Shown here: positions 54,865 to 64,000 of the stretch, in pieces
Layout of the letters: each line of letters begins with the position of its first letter
How positions within the stretch are numbered: the first letter of the stretch is position 1
Origin: Nitrospirota bacterium
GTDB lineage: Bacteria; Nitrospirota; Thermodesulfovibrionia; Thermodesulfovibrionales; Dissulfurispiraceae
Assembly (NCBI GenBank): GCA_963710375.1
Contig: CAVPZX010000003.1
Span: 374,084 to 438,083, forward strand
DNA: 64,000 bases
Reading direction: 5' to 3'
Notes under the pieces: generated by a model
Seen by the model: only the letters and a program-made list of their open reading frames with translations
Told to the model about the DNA's origin: nothing
Databases searched by the model: none
Position numbers and translations under genes: made by a program

Positions 54865-55372
54865 CAGCAGCAGTAACAGAAAAATACTTTTTTCTTTTAT
54901 TTTACTGTTTACTTCTTGCTGCCTACTGCCTACTGTTGTTTATTCTGAAGTTCTCGATAGGGTAGTTGCATACGTCAACAATAACGCAATCACACTTTCG
55001 GCGTTCCAGAAGAGTGCGCAGGGGGCAAGAGAGAAGCTGGGCAATGTTTCAGATTCGGACATAATCAACTCGATGATCAATAACCTGCTTTTGGTTGAGG
55101 CAGCAAAAAATATGCGGCTGGAAGCTCCTGACGACGATAAGCTGGTGCAGGAATACATTGATATAAAGATAAAACCGGCCATAATAATAAGGGAAGAAGA
55201 CATGGAGCGCTTCTACAATGAAAACAGGGGCCAATTCAAAGGGCAGGACTACGTTGATGTAAGAGATGAAATTGAAAAGTACCTTGTAGAACTCGATACG
55301 AACAAACAATTGAAAAAGCTCATTGAGGAACTACGGTCGAAATCCGATATAAAAATATTACTTAACCCTTGA
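54827..55372 (+). CDS. SurA N-terminal-domain-like periplasmic chaperone (start uncertain)
   Basis: EVLDRVVAYVNNNAITLS...ELRSKSDIKI; GGGAG before TTG 54827. Confidence 0.8.
   Translation: MAHYISVSVKHSNSSSNRKILFSFILLFTSCCLLPTVVYSEVLDRVVAYVNNNAITLSAFQKSAQGAREKLGNVSDSDIINSMINNLLLVEAAKNMRLEAPDDDKLVQEYIDIKIKPAIIIREEDMERFYNENRGQFKGQDYVDVRDEIEKYLVELDTNKQLKKLIEELRSKSDIKILLNP
54865..54936. repeat. Heptamer-unit (CTACTGC-type) degenerate palindrome inside the SurA-like signal region
   Basis: cagcagcagtaacag ... ttactgtttacttcttgctgcctactgcctactg. Confidence 0.5.
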
Positions 55373-55820
55373 GAGTAATAATAACGGCATGTTCATAGCA
55401 GTCCGGAAATTTATGGCACTTCAGGCAATCACCCCATATCTTCTGCGGAAGTTTGGATTTGTCGATTTCTTTGAAACCCATTTTTTTAAAGAATTCGGGC
55501 CGGTAGGTGAGAGCAAAGACCTTTTTAATCCCCAGTTCTCCCGCTTCCCTGAGACATTTCCTGACAAGTGATTTGCCGATACCTTGCAACTGCTCTGCTT
55601 CTCTAACAGCCAGGGAGCGTATTTCTGCAAGGTCTTCCCACAAAATTCGGAGCGCGCATACGCCTTTTATTTCTCCCTTATCATCATAAACTATGAAATC
55701 TCTGACCCCCTCATATAATTCGTTAAGCGCACGGGGCAGCATTTCCTCTTTTTTTGCAAAATAGTTTACAAAGTTATGGATCTTCTTTACGTCAGCTATA
55801 GTGGCCTTTCTTATTTTCAA
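55362..55820 (-). CDS. GNAT acetyltransferase, short ArgA-like (amino-acid N-acetyltransferase)
   Basis: MLPRALNELYE, WEDLAEIRSLAV, KVFALTY, LPQKIWGDC. Confidence 0.85.
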   Translation of the reverse strand: MKIRKATIADVKKIHNFVNYFAKKEEMLPRALNELYEGVRDFIVYDDKGEIKGVCALRILWEDLAEIRSLAVREAEQLQGIGKSLVRKCLREAGELGIKKVFALTYRPEFFKKMGFKEIDKSKLPQKIWGDCLKCHKFPDCYEHAVIITLKG

Positions 55821-56349
55821 TGATATCGATTCCTTTGGCTATTAATTGTTTGTTCAGGTCAATCGTGTTTCTCCTATTGGTGGGGGTAATATCACCAAGG
55901 GCCCCAATTACTGAATCGAGGGACAGAATGCCCGTAGAGGAGATAAAAGCCCCCATCATCACCATGTTGGCGAGCTTTGTACTGTTCATGGTTGCCGACA
56001 GCGCACTGGCCGGCACACCCAGCACCTTAATGTCATCCCTGTGATCAGTCCTGCTTATAAGAGATGAATCGTATAATAGCATTCCGCCGGGACGAAGCTT
56101 CCCGGTAAAACGGCTGTAAGACGCGTCATTCATAATCACAAGTATATGAGGGTTTCGGATGACCGGAGAGCCGATCATCTCATCGGAGATGATGACTGTA
56201 CAGTTTGCCGTTCCACCACGCATTTCAGCACCGTATGAAGGCATCCAGGTAACTTCTTTATCTTCGAGCAGTGTGGCATATGCCATAAGTCTGCCGAGAA
56301 AAAGAGTGCCCTGTCCGCCTGATCCGGCTATAATGATTGTATGCTCCAT
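55792..56349 (-). CDS. 2-oxoacid:ferredoxin oxidoreductase gamma subunit
   Basis: AGSGGQG, WMPSYGAEMRGGTANC, NMVMMGA. Confidence 0.93.
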   Translation of the reverse strand: MEHTIIIAGSGGQGTLFLGRLMAYATLLEDKEVTWMPSYGAEMRGGTANCTVIISDEMIGSPVIRNPHILVIMNDASYSRFTGKLRPGGMLLYDSSLISRTDHRDDIKVLGVPASALSATMNSTKLANMVMMGAFISSTGILSLDSVIGALGDITPTNRRNTIDLNKQLIAKGIDIIENKKGHYS

Positions 56350-56360
56350 GGGTAGCTGCC

Positions 56361-57104
56361 TTAAGTGTGATGCGCATCTTTGAAAACCCCAAGTTTATAA
56401 ACACCCACCATTTTGTCTCTTACCCAATCAAGCGATTTCTTAGGCGAGAGACCCCAATCAGTGGGGCAGGGTGACAGAATCTCAACCATACTGAACCCCT
56501 TTTCTTCCATCTGATATCTGAACGATTTCTCTATCATCTTTTTTGTTTTTAAAACGTTTTTTACTGAATCCAAAGATGTCCTAGCAATAAAAGAGACACC
56601 TTCTATGGTGGCCAGCATCTCTGCGATATGGAGCGGGTAGCCTGTTGTCTTCCTATCCCTTCCTCTTTGTGTTGTCGTTGTCTTCTGCTCCAGCAATGTT
56701 GTCGGCGCCATCTGTCCGCCGGTCATGCCGTAAGTCGCATTATTGATAAAAAAGACTGTTATATTTTCTCCCCTATTTGCAGCATGAACAATTTCGGCGG
56801 TACCGATTGCTGCAAGGTCGCCATCACCCTGATATGAGAAAACAATGCTGTCGGGGCGTGTTCTCTTCATTCCGGTGGCTGCGGCAGGTGGCCTGCCATG
56901 TGCAACTTCAATCATATCAAAATCGAAATAATCATAGGCAAACACAGCACATCCAACCGGGGCAATGCCTATGACCCTTTCTCTGATACCCAGTTCCTCG
57001 ATTACTTCAGCGATCAGCCTGTGTGCAAGGCTATGGCCGCAACCTGGACAGTAGCGTAACGGCGTCTTCTTAATAAATGCCGGGCGCTTAAAAACCTGCT
57101 TCAT
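56361..57104 (-). CDS. 2-oxoacid:ferredoxin oxidoreductase beta subunit
   Basis: YCPGCGH, PVGC, HGR, QGDGDLAAIG, YGMTGGQ, LSPCPT. Confidence 0.94.
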   Translation of the reverse strand: MKQVFKRPAFIKKTPLRYCPGCGHSLAHRLIAEVIEELGIRERVIGIAPVGCAVFAYDYFDFDMIEVAHGRPPAAATGMKRTRPDSIVFSYQGDGDLAAIGTAEIVHAANRGENITVFFINNATYGMTGGQMAPTTLLEQKTTTTQRGRDRKTTGYPLHIAEMLATIEGVSFIARTSLDSVKNVLKTKKMIEKSFRYQMEEKGFSMVEILSPCPTDWGLSPKKSLDWVRDKMVGVYKLGVFKDAHHT

Positions 57105-57167
57105 AAAAGCGATTATAACATATTCCAGGTGATAGGTAATGGGAATAACCTATATTTACCCTGTAGC

Positions 57168-58157
57168 TTATGGCCTGTCAGCTGTACTTAATAGTATCCC
57201 TTCAAGCAATCCGAAATCACTGACAGTCATAGTGTCAGTTTTGAGTATTTCCATTAAAACTAAAAGAATAATAATACCCGGAATTATTATATCAGCTCTC
57301 TCCGGTTCGAGGCCCTTAATAATAGCACGATCACATAAGGTGATAGCTGATAAATGCTCAAGCTGTGCTTTTAGAGTATTACAAGAGATTGTATGTAAAT
57401 GGATAGTGTCAGCATCATATGTTTCGAGTCCAATATCAATTGCCGCTACAGTAGTGGCGGTACCGCCAGTTGCTACAAAACTCTTTATTTCGCCGGCATT
57501 GAGTCTGGTACTAATCCCAGATTCCAGAAATGATCGCGTAACCGATTCAAATACTACATCTTTTATATTCTCAATTTCTATAGGAGATGGCGGATCACTG
57601 TAAGTGTACTGCTCATGTAGCCGAACGGCACCCATTTGAAGACTATTTTTTTTGAATATTGTGGAGCCGGCATCGCAGAATATCCATTCAGTGCTTCCTC
57701 CACCTATGTCTGTAATAAACGCAGGCATAGACGGCGCAGGCTCATTCCCTAAAATACCAAGGACTGTCAACTCGGCCTCCCTATCTCCGCTTATAATATC
57801 AATGGAAATGCCTGTCCGGGCCTTAACCTCTTCAATAAACTCGCGGCTGTTGCCTGCATCACGCAAAGCACTTGTACCGACTGCGAAAATATTACGTGTC
57901 TTATATTTTTCTATTGATGCCTTAAATTTAATGAGTGATCTAATTGATTTTTCGATACTATCTTCATTAAGTATTCCTTTTTGTGTTATGTCCCTGCCAA
58001 GGCGTGTCACAGCACGCTCTGCTAAAAGTCGAATTAATTTCCCTTTGTCAATACAGCCAATCAATAATCTAAGGGTATTGGTGCCAATGTCTATTGCAGC
58101 ATTAGGGAAGGGGGGATCAGGGTTTATTCTCAGACCCTCAGATGAGTGACTTATCAT
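57168..58157 (-). CDS. ppx: Ppx/GppA family phosphatase
   Basis: AAIDIGTNT, GTSALRDA, ISGDREA, DIGGGSTE, TGGT, ERADII. Confidence 0.92.
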   Translation of the reverse strand: MISHSSEGLRINPDPPFPNAAIDIGTNTLRLLIGCIDKGKLIRLLAERAVTRLGRDITQKGILNEDSIEKSIRSLIKFKASIEKYKTRNIFAVGTSALRDAGNSREFIEEVKARTGISIDIISGDREAELTVLGILGNEPAPSMPAFITDIGGGSTEWIFCDAGSTIFKKNSLQMGAVRLHEQYTYSDPPSPIEIENIKDVVFESVTRSFLESGISTRLNAGEIKSFVATGGTATTVAAIDIGLETYDADTIHLHTISCNTLKAQLEHLSAITLCDRAIIKGLEPERADIIIPGIIILLVLMEILKTDTMTVSDFGLLEGILLSTADRP

Positions 58158-59832
58158 TGACTATCTTAAGAATTGTACCAACAACATCTTCCAGTTGAAC
58201 TTTAAGTATTTCGCTTGTACGCCTTATTTTTATTTCAATCATATTGCCTTTTAGAGATTTTTCACCAATAATCAGATGAATAGGAATCCCGATAAGGTCA
58301 GCATCTTTAAATTTTACTCCCGGCCTCTCATCTCGGTCGTCAATTAAGACTTCTAACGCATTATCTGTTAAAGTGGCGTACAGTCTCCCTGCGGTCTCCC
58401 TTGTCCTGGCATCACTCACATTCAACGGGATGATCTCAACATCGAATGGAGCGATACTCTTAGGCCATATTATTCCGTCCTTATCATAATTCTGCTCTAT
58501 TGAGGCAGCAGCAATCCTGGCAGGGCCTATGCCGTAACTACCCATAACAATAGGCTTTTCCTGACCACCGCTGTCCAGAAATACTGCATGAAGGGGAGTC
58601 GAATACTTAACTCCAAGTTTAAAGATATTACCGATCTCGATAACTCTCTCCATTCTCAACGGCCCCTGACACTTTGGACAGCCATCGCCTTCTTTTGCCA
58701 AGTGAAGGTCGTGCCATTCGGCATGAAAATCGCGACTTGAAGTAATACCTTTAATGTGATAATCGACTTTATTTGCTCCAGCAACGTAAGTGCCTTCTTT
58801 TAGGGACAAATCTGCAAGAATACGTATTTCGTGCGACATAGGGCCTATAAAACCGGTCTCAACACCAAGAATAGAAAGCACCTCATCTTTTGCTGCAGCT
58901 TTAAAGTTTCCAATTAACTTTGCGACCTTTTTTTCATGTAACTCCTGATCTCCCCTGATCAGAACAAGGACAGGGCCCTCTGCTGAAATAAGAAGCAGAC
59001 TTTTTATAAAATAGGCTGGTTCAATCTTAAGGAAACCTGATACATCTTTTATAGTTCTTCTGTCAGGTGTATGGACCTCTTCAAGCTGCCAGCCGTAATC
59101 CTTTACGGACGTGGCCACTGATTGGGCAACCTCTATATTTGCCTTATATTGACATTGATCGCATAGAACAATATTATCCTCTCCTGCCGGGCTAGGAGCC
59201 ATGAACTCATGGGCTGCGGCGCCTCCCATCATGCCAGTGTCTGATTCGACCTGATAGAACTTAAGACCGCAGCGCTTGAATATTTTATGATAAGCATCTG
59301 CATGAATTTTATAGTTTATGTCAAGACCTTCATCGTCAACATCAAAACTGTAGCTGTCTTTCATAATGAATTCTCTTGTACGCAATATACCGCTCTTTGG
59401 CCTTGCCTCATCCCTGAGCTTAGTCTCGATCTGATACCATATCTGGGGGAGGTCGCGATAGGACTTCAGCTCCCTCGACGCGAGCCAGGTCACAATTTCC
59501 TCATGGGTCATGCCGAGGCACATATCACGTCCTGTCCGGTCCTTCAAACGGAACATTGCGTCCTTCATTTCATACCATCGACCGGTTTTCTGCCATATTT
59601 CAGCAGGATGCAAAATAGGCATTGACACTTCCTGGGCGCCGATAGCATTCATTTCTTCCCTAAGTATGGCAGTAATCCTGCACATGACCCTCCATCCAAG
59701 GGGTAGATAAATATAAAGCCCTGCAGCAAGCTGCCGCACATAGCCGGCGCGAAGCATAAGCTTATGGCTGATCGCCTCAGCCTCGGAGGGAATATCCCTG
59801 ATCGTTCTAACAAGCATTTTAGAAAAATTCAT
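58138..59832 (-). CDS. proS: Proline-tRNA ligase with editing domain
   Basis: SHKLMLRAG, THEE, RDEARP, REFIMKDSYSF, IEIGNIFKLG, MGSYGIG. Confidence 0.98.
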   Translation of the reverse strand: MNFSKMLVRTIRDIPSEAEAISHKLMLRAGYVRQLAAGLYIYLPLGWRVMCRITAILREEMNAIGAQEVSMPILHPAEIWQKTGRWYEMKDAMFRLKDRTGRDMCLGMTHEEIVTWLASRELKSYRDLPQIWYQIETKLRDEARPKSGILRTREFIMKDSYSFDVDDEGLDINYKIHADAYHKIFKRCGLKFYQVESDTGMMGGAAAHEFMAPSPAGEDNIVLCDQCQYKANIEVAQSVATSVKDYGWQLEEVHTPDRRTIKDVSGFLKIEPAYFIKSLLLISAEGPVLVLIRGDQELHEKKVAKLIGNFKAAAKDEVLSILGVETGFIGPMSHEIRILADLSLKEGTYVAGANKVDYHIKGITSSRDFHAEWHDLHLAKEGDGCPKCQGPLRMERVIEIGNIFKLGVKYSTPLHAVFLDSGGQEKPIVMGSYGIGPARIAAASIEQNYDKDGIIWPKSIAPFDVEIIPLNVSDARTRETAGRLYATLTDNALEVLIDDRDERPGVKFKDADLIGIPIHLIIGEKSLKGNMIEIKIRRTSEILKVQLEDVVGTILKIVNDKSLI

Positions 59833-60138
59833 AACTATACACTATATCATTCTTTCTCACTCAAAAACAACACATACACAAAAGAAATGGTGAATTTTGA
59901 ATGAGAAATTACTGACTTATTTATTAATCAACATTTAAAATTTTAGGCATAACTCTGATTCTTCAACGGATAATTGTATTATTTGATCTTGTGAATACAG
60001 GAATAGTAGGTATTTTGACCAAATGTGACAGTCAGATTACAAGTTTCTGACATTTCAAAGACATTAAGAAGAATGATCAGAAATTCCGAATGGTTCATAT
60101 TGTAACCGTCTGTTTTTCATATATTTAACCTTTAACAA

Positions 60139-60166
60139 ACTTTACATAATATATCTTATCAGACAT
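60139..60166 (-). other. Probable dif site (XerCD chromosome dimer resolution)
   Basis: Minus strand ATGTCTGATAA-GATATA-TTATGTAAAGT: 11-6-11 layout with ATAA/TTAT inner palindrome, in a 450-bp AT-rich intergenic region. Confidence 0.8.
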
Positions 60167-60283
60167 ATTCTGTAAACATCTAATGTTGATAAGTTGTTAT
60201 AAACGATGTTAATAATTGCCATGCAAAAGCGATATTGCAGTGTTCTAACTATACTGTATAAGTTCTAGGCATATGAAAAAATA

Positions 60284-61543
60284 TTATATGTTAATGGGTT
60301 CATAGTTATTTACTGGGATTGCGAGTGCCTGATAATTTGTGAATCCTGTAACCCTACCATTTATCAAGGTTTCTTCTCTAATATCCGAACCGCTTGCTAT
60401 CAAAACCTTGATATAATTGGCACTGGTGCCGACATATCCCTCCGCAGTTCTATTTTCGATGAGTATTTCAAGGGTTTTATTCAGGTGCCTTCTCAGGTAA
60501 GCTCTTTTTTTTGACTCACCAATAGCCTTTAGAAGTTTAACTCTTTGTTTTTTAACAATATCTTGAATCTGGCCGCCAAATGTGGCCGCCCTGGTTCCAG
60601 GACGTAATGAATAAGGGAAAACATGCACATATGAAAATGGAGCAGCCTCAATAAAGCGGCATGTTTTGAGGAAGCTTCCGTCGCCCTCTCCTGGAAAACC
60701 TGTAATAACATCTGTGCCGATACTGATATCAGGGAACATTTCAGTAATAAATTCAAGCCTTTTGTTAAAAGTGGCTTCAGTATATGCTCTGCCCATCCTT
60801 TTAAGAATGAAATCATCACCGCTCTGAAGAGGTATATGCAGATGTCTGCATATCCTGCTATCCCTCATTGTGTCGAGCAGATCATCATTTATTTCATTTA
60901 TTCCAAGTGAACTGAGCCTTATTCTTGTCATAGATGTCTCTTTAAGTATTCCCCTTAGGAGATCAGAAAGCGATTTCTTAACCCTTAAATCAAGACCATA
61001 GGCGCCAAGGTGTATACCTGTAAGAACAACCTCTTTATAACCCCATGCATCATATTCGTTGATTTTCCTTATGATTTCATCGTATGATTCACTTCGCGAC
61101 CTTCCTCTCGCTTTTGGAATAGCGCAATAGCTGCATGAAAAGTTGCATCCATCCTGCACTTTAACGATAGGCCGGTGTCTCGGATAACGGTTGTTAACGC
61201 AGGGATCGCCTGGGTTAAAATTTGTTAATTTAGTGACAATACTTTCTTTTTCACTGTTTTTAATGATATCTATAGTAGATCCGATCCTTTTTATTTCATC
61301 GGCATTGAGCTCTGAATAACAGCCTGTAACAATAACTTTAGCATTGTTTCTTAAAGCCCTGTATATCAATTGCCTTGATTGGCGGTCAGCTTTAGCTGTA
61401 ACTGTGCATGTGTTAATGATGCATAAATCAGGAGCGTCGGTAATATCAACGATATCATTGCCGGCAAGCTTCAGACTGCCTTCAATAGAGAAACTTTCAG
61501 ACTGGTTCGTTTTACAACCAAGTGTTAGGATAGAGATTCTCAT
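60284..61543 (-). CDS. mtaB: tRNA t6A37 methylthiotransferase
   Basis: TLGCKTNQSES, INTCTVT..AD, KVQDGCNFSCSYC, HVFPYS. Confidence 0.93.
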   Translation of the reverse strand: MRISILTLGCKTNQSESFSIEGSLKLAGNDIVDITDAPDLCIINTCTVTAKADRQSRQLIYRALRNNAKVIVTGCYSELNADEIKRIGSTIDIIKNSEKESIVTKLTNFNPGDPCVNNRYPRHRPIVKVQDGCNFSCSYCAIPKARGRSRSESYDEIIRKINEYDAWGYKEVVLTGIHLGAYGLDLRVKKSLSDLLRGILKETSMTRIRLSSLGINEINDDLLDTMRDSRICRHLHIPLQSGDDFILKRMGRAYTEATFNKRLEFITEMFPDISIGTDVITGFPGEGDGSFLKTCRFIEAAPFSYVHVFPYSLRPGTRAATFGGQIQDIVKKQRVKLLKAIGESKKRAYLRRHLNKTLEILIENRTAEGYVGTSANYIKVLIASGSDIREETLINGRVTGFTNYQALAIPVNNYEPINI

Positions 61544-62841
61544 GCTTTTATTATCCCTTCAAGGCTATGTCTGTTTGCTTTGATTATGCTCACATTAATC
61601 AGATCGCCAGACTTAAGTGTTACATTTTTTTTGTCAAGAGAAATACTTACTATTTTATTGGTTTGCGTCCTCCCTGACATTTTTTTCAGATCTTTTTCAT
61701 CAGGCATCTCTAAAAGTATCTCTTGAACACTATTTAAAAGTGCCCTGTTTTTTCTTTCGGAAATATCATCTTGAACTTCAAGTATTTCATTAAGTCTTGA
61801 TAATTTGGTGTCATCTTCAACCTGGCCCTCCATTACAGCTGCCCTTGTTCCTGCCCTTACCGAATAATGAAAAGCAAAGATGCCGTCAAACTCAATATCA
61901 TGCAAAGCCTTGATGGTCAGGCGGTGATCCTCAACCGTTTCATCAGGAAATCCAGCGATAATATCTGATGTTATTGCAATTCCAGGGATTTCTTTGCGTA
62001 ATTTCTCAACTTTACCAATATAATCATCGTACTCATACTTACGGTTCATTAAAGAAAGTATCTTAGATGACCCGGATTGAAGAGGCAGATGAATATGCTC
62101 GCACACTTTCTCACAGTCCCGCATAGCAATAATCAGATCATCTGAAAGGTCTTTTGGATGGGATGTGACAAATCTGACACGCTTGATGCCTTCTATTTTA
62201 TCCACTGCTTTAAGTAATTCAGGAAAACTTAAATCGCCTGCATATGAATTGACATTTTGGCCCAAAAGTGTTACTTCAACATATCCTTTTTCAGCAACTC
62301 CTTTAATTTCATTGAGTATTGCAGCGCTGGGCCTGCTGCGCTCCCTGCCCCTGGTATATGGAACTATGCAGTAGCTGCAGAAGTTATTGCATCCATACAT
62401 AATGTTTATCCACGCCTTTACCTCATCCTTTCTTTCGACAGGAAGTTCTGTATCTGCTATCAGCGGATTGTCGTCAATGGCAATTTTATTGATATTTGAC
62501 TTTAAAATATCCCTGACCATATGGATATTCTGAGGGCCCATGACGTGGTCCACATAAGGCACTCTTTTTAAAATGTTTTTGCCCTCCTGCTGAGCAATAC
62601 AGCCAGCCACGGCAATTGTGAGTCCGGGTTTTCTTTTTTTAAGCTCTTTTAACCTCCCCAGTTCACTATAGAACTTTTGCTCAGCTTTTTGGCGAATGCT
62701 GCAGGTATTGAAAATAACGAGATCGGCATCCCGTGGGCTATCTGCTTCAATATACCCCTCTGCTTTCAAAATACCCGACATCTTTTCCGAATCATGAACA
62801 TTCATCTGGCATCCAAAAGTGGATATGTAATATTTAACCAT
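61540..62841 (-). CDS. miaB: tRNA i6A37 methylthiotransferase
   Basis: TFGCQMNVHDSE, NTCSIR, GCNNFCSYCIVPYTRGRERSR, LLGQNVNSY. Confidence 0.96.
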   Translation of the reverse strand: MVKYYISTFGCQMNVHDSEKMSGILKAEGYIEADSPRDADLVIFNTCSIRQKAEQKFYSELGRLKELKKRKPGLTIAVAGCIAQQEGKNILKRVPYVDHVMGPQNIHMVRDILKSNINKIAIDDNPLIADTELPVERKDEVKAWINIMYGCNNFCSYCIVPYTRGRERSRPSAAILNEIKGVAEKGYVEVTLLGQNVNSYAGDLSFPELLKAVDKIEGIKRVRFVTSHPKDLSDDLIIAMRDCEKVCEHIHLPLQSGSSKILSLMNRKYEYDDYIGKVEKLRKEIPGIAITSDIIAGFPDETVEDHRLTIKALHDIEFDGIFAFHYSVRAGTRAAVMEGQVEDDTKLSRLNEILEVQDDISERKNRALLNSVQEILLEMPDEKDLKKMSGRTQTNKIVSISLDKKNVTLKSGDLINVSIIKANRHSLEGIIKA

Positions 62842-62874
62842 ATATCTAATGAATTACATTAACAATTGTGCTTA

Positions 62875-64000
62875 TCAGGCGTCTAAGACTCCTGAGTCTT
62901 TAATTTTAGCCTTCAGTAACGCAAGCTGGCTTTCAAGCTCAGACATTAGTGTAATCAGTGTCTCCATTTCCCCTTGTTCTCCGGCCTTCTGCATATCAGA
63001 CTGCTATGGCGCTCATTGCCACACATCCTGTGTTGGCAGCTGACCCCTTGATCTTGTGGGCTTGTCTCCCGGCAAGTCCCGCATCGCCCCTCACTATCTG
63101 CTCCCTGAGGTCATCAAGCATCCGGGGGATTTCCTCCATGAATGCCGTAACAATTGTTCCTGCAAGACCCTTGTCATCCATTATGCGCTCCAAAAGCCCT
63201 GCATAGTCAAAGACCGGCAATGCTTCTTGGACTACTGCTGTTGTCTTATCATGGGTCATATCAGTCACCGCCGGCAATTTGACCTGACCCTGCGGCAGCC
63301 ACTTTTCGAGCGCCTTAGCCAATTCCTGGGGCGAGATCGGCTTGGAGATATAATCGTCCATCCCCACTTTCAGGCATTTCTCCCTGTCACCCTTCATGGC
63401 ATTTGCTGTCATTGCGATAATAGGGACATGGCAACCGGAATCAATCTCGATATGACGGATGGCACGAGTTGCTTCAAAGCCGTCCATAACCGGCATCTGC
63501 ACATCCATGAATACTATGTCGTAAGAAGCGGCTTCCAGCATATTGACCGCCTGCCGGCCATTGTCAGCGGTGTCAGCAATGAACCCCAATTTGTCTAAAA
63601 TGCCCACTGCCACCATTTTATTCACCTTATTATCCTCGACCAGAAGAATGCGTACATTCCGCCTCGCTATCTCACGAAGCCGGTGTCCGGTAATAATAGC
63701 GGTTTCCTGGGCCTTTTCATGCAGACTGCTCCCGCCAAGGACTGCGGCTATGCAGTTGTGCAGTTGGAACATCCTTACAGGTTTGGTAAGATATGCGGAA
63801 AATCCAAGGCTCGCAAGCCTCTTTGAATCTCCCCTCATCCCGCTGGATGTCAGCATAACCAGCAAAGTGTCCCTCAAAACCGGGTCTGTCTTGATGGCCC
63901 TGGCAAGGGCTTCGCCATCCATGCCAGGCATTTGCATATCAGTAACTACAACCCGAAAAGGGTCCCCTTCAGCTTGAGCAGCATGGAGCATCTCCATTGC
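62875..64000 (-). CDS. C-terminal REC-REC-Hpt part of a second hybrid kinase, paralogous to 36855-41247; extra base at 63000; runs off window end
   Basis: Near-identical to 40116-41230; removing base 63000 restores [19 protein letters not shown]...KIKDSGVLDA*. Confidence 0.9.

Noticed and set aside
57168..62841. Horizontally acquired AT-rich island
   Set aside because: The genes are core (ppx, proS, mtaB, miaB) with no integrase; terminus-associated AT richness explains it.

Overview
This 64 kb window is mostly housekeeping bacterial chromosome. Gene content (fhs, 2-oxoacid:ferredoxin oxidoreductase subunits, rubredoxin, TamB/BamA, sigma-54 regulators) suggests an anaerobic diderm, by my impression Nitrospirota/Thermodesulfovibrionia-like; this is inference, not a search result. 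It contains partial glyQ, a Cache protein + chemoreceptor pair, deaD-yacG-dapB, ilvBN with a DRE-TIM synthase, a PyrR-attenuated pyrR-B-C-carA-carB operon, tatAC, uvrA, many signalling genes, fhs, glnD-tamB-bamA, proS, mtaB and miaB. I found no rRNA, tRNA, CRISPR array or transposase. Main observations: (1) an N-domain-less Lon protease with a complete receiver domain inserted just before Walker A, co-oriented with a histidine kinase and a sigma-54 activator that has a similar receiver, making a candidate phosphorylation-switched protease system; (2) four separate frameshifts are the same +T event at AG^CTG, pointing to a modified DNA motif (basecalling artefact or mutational hotspot); (3) a ~180-bp MITE occurs twice, and one copy splits the pyrC start but supplies an ATGA-coupled restart; (4) palindromes built from 6-9-nt tandem units sit at gene junctions; (5) a likely dif site with converging KOPS-like octamers is bracketed by an inverted duplication of a hybrid kinase; (6) many genes look leaderless.
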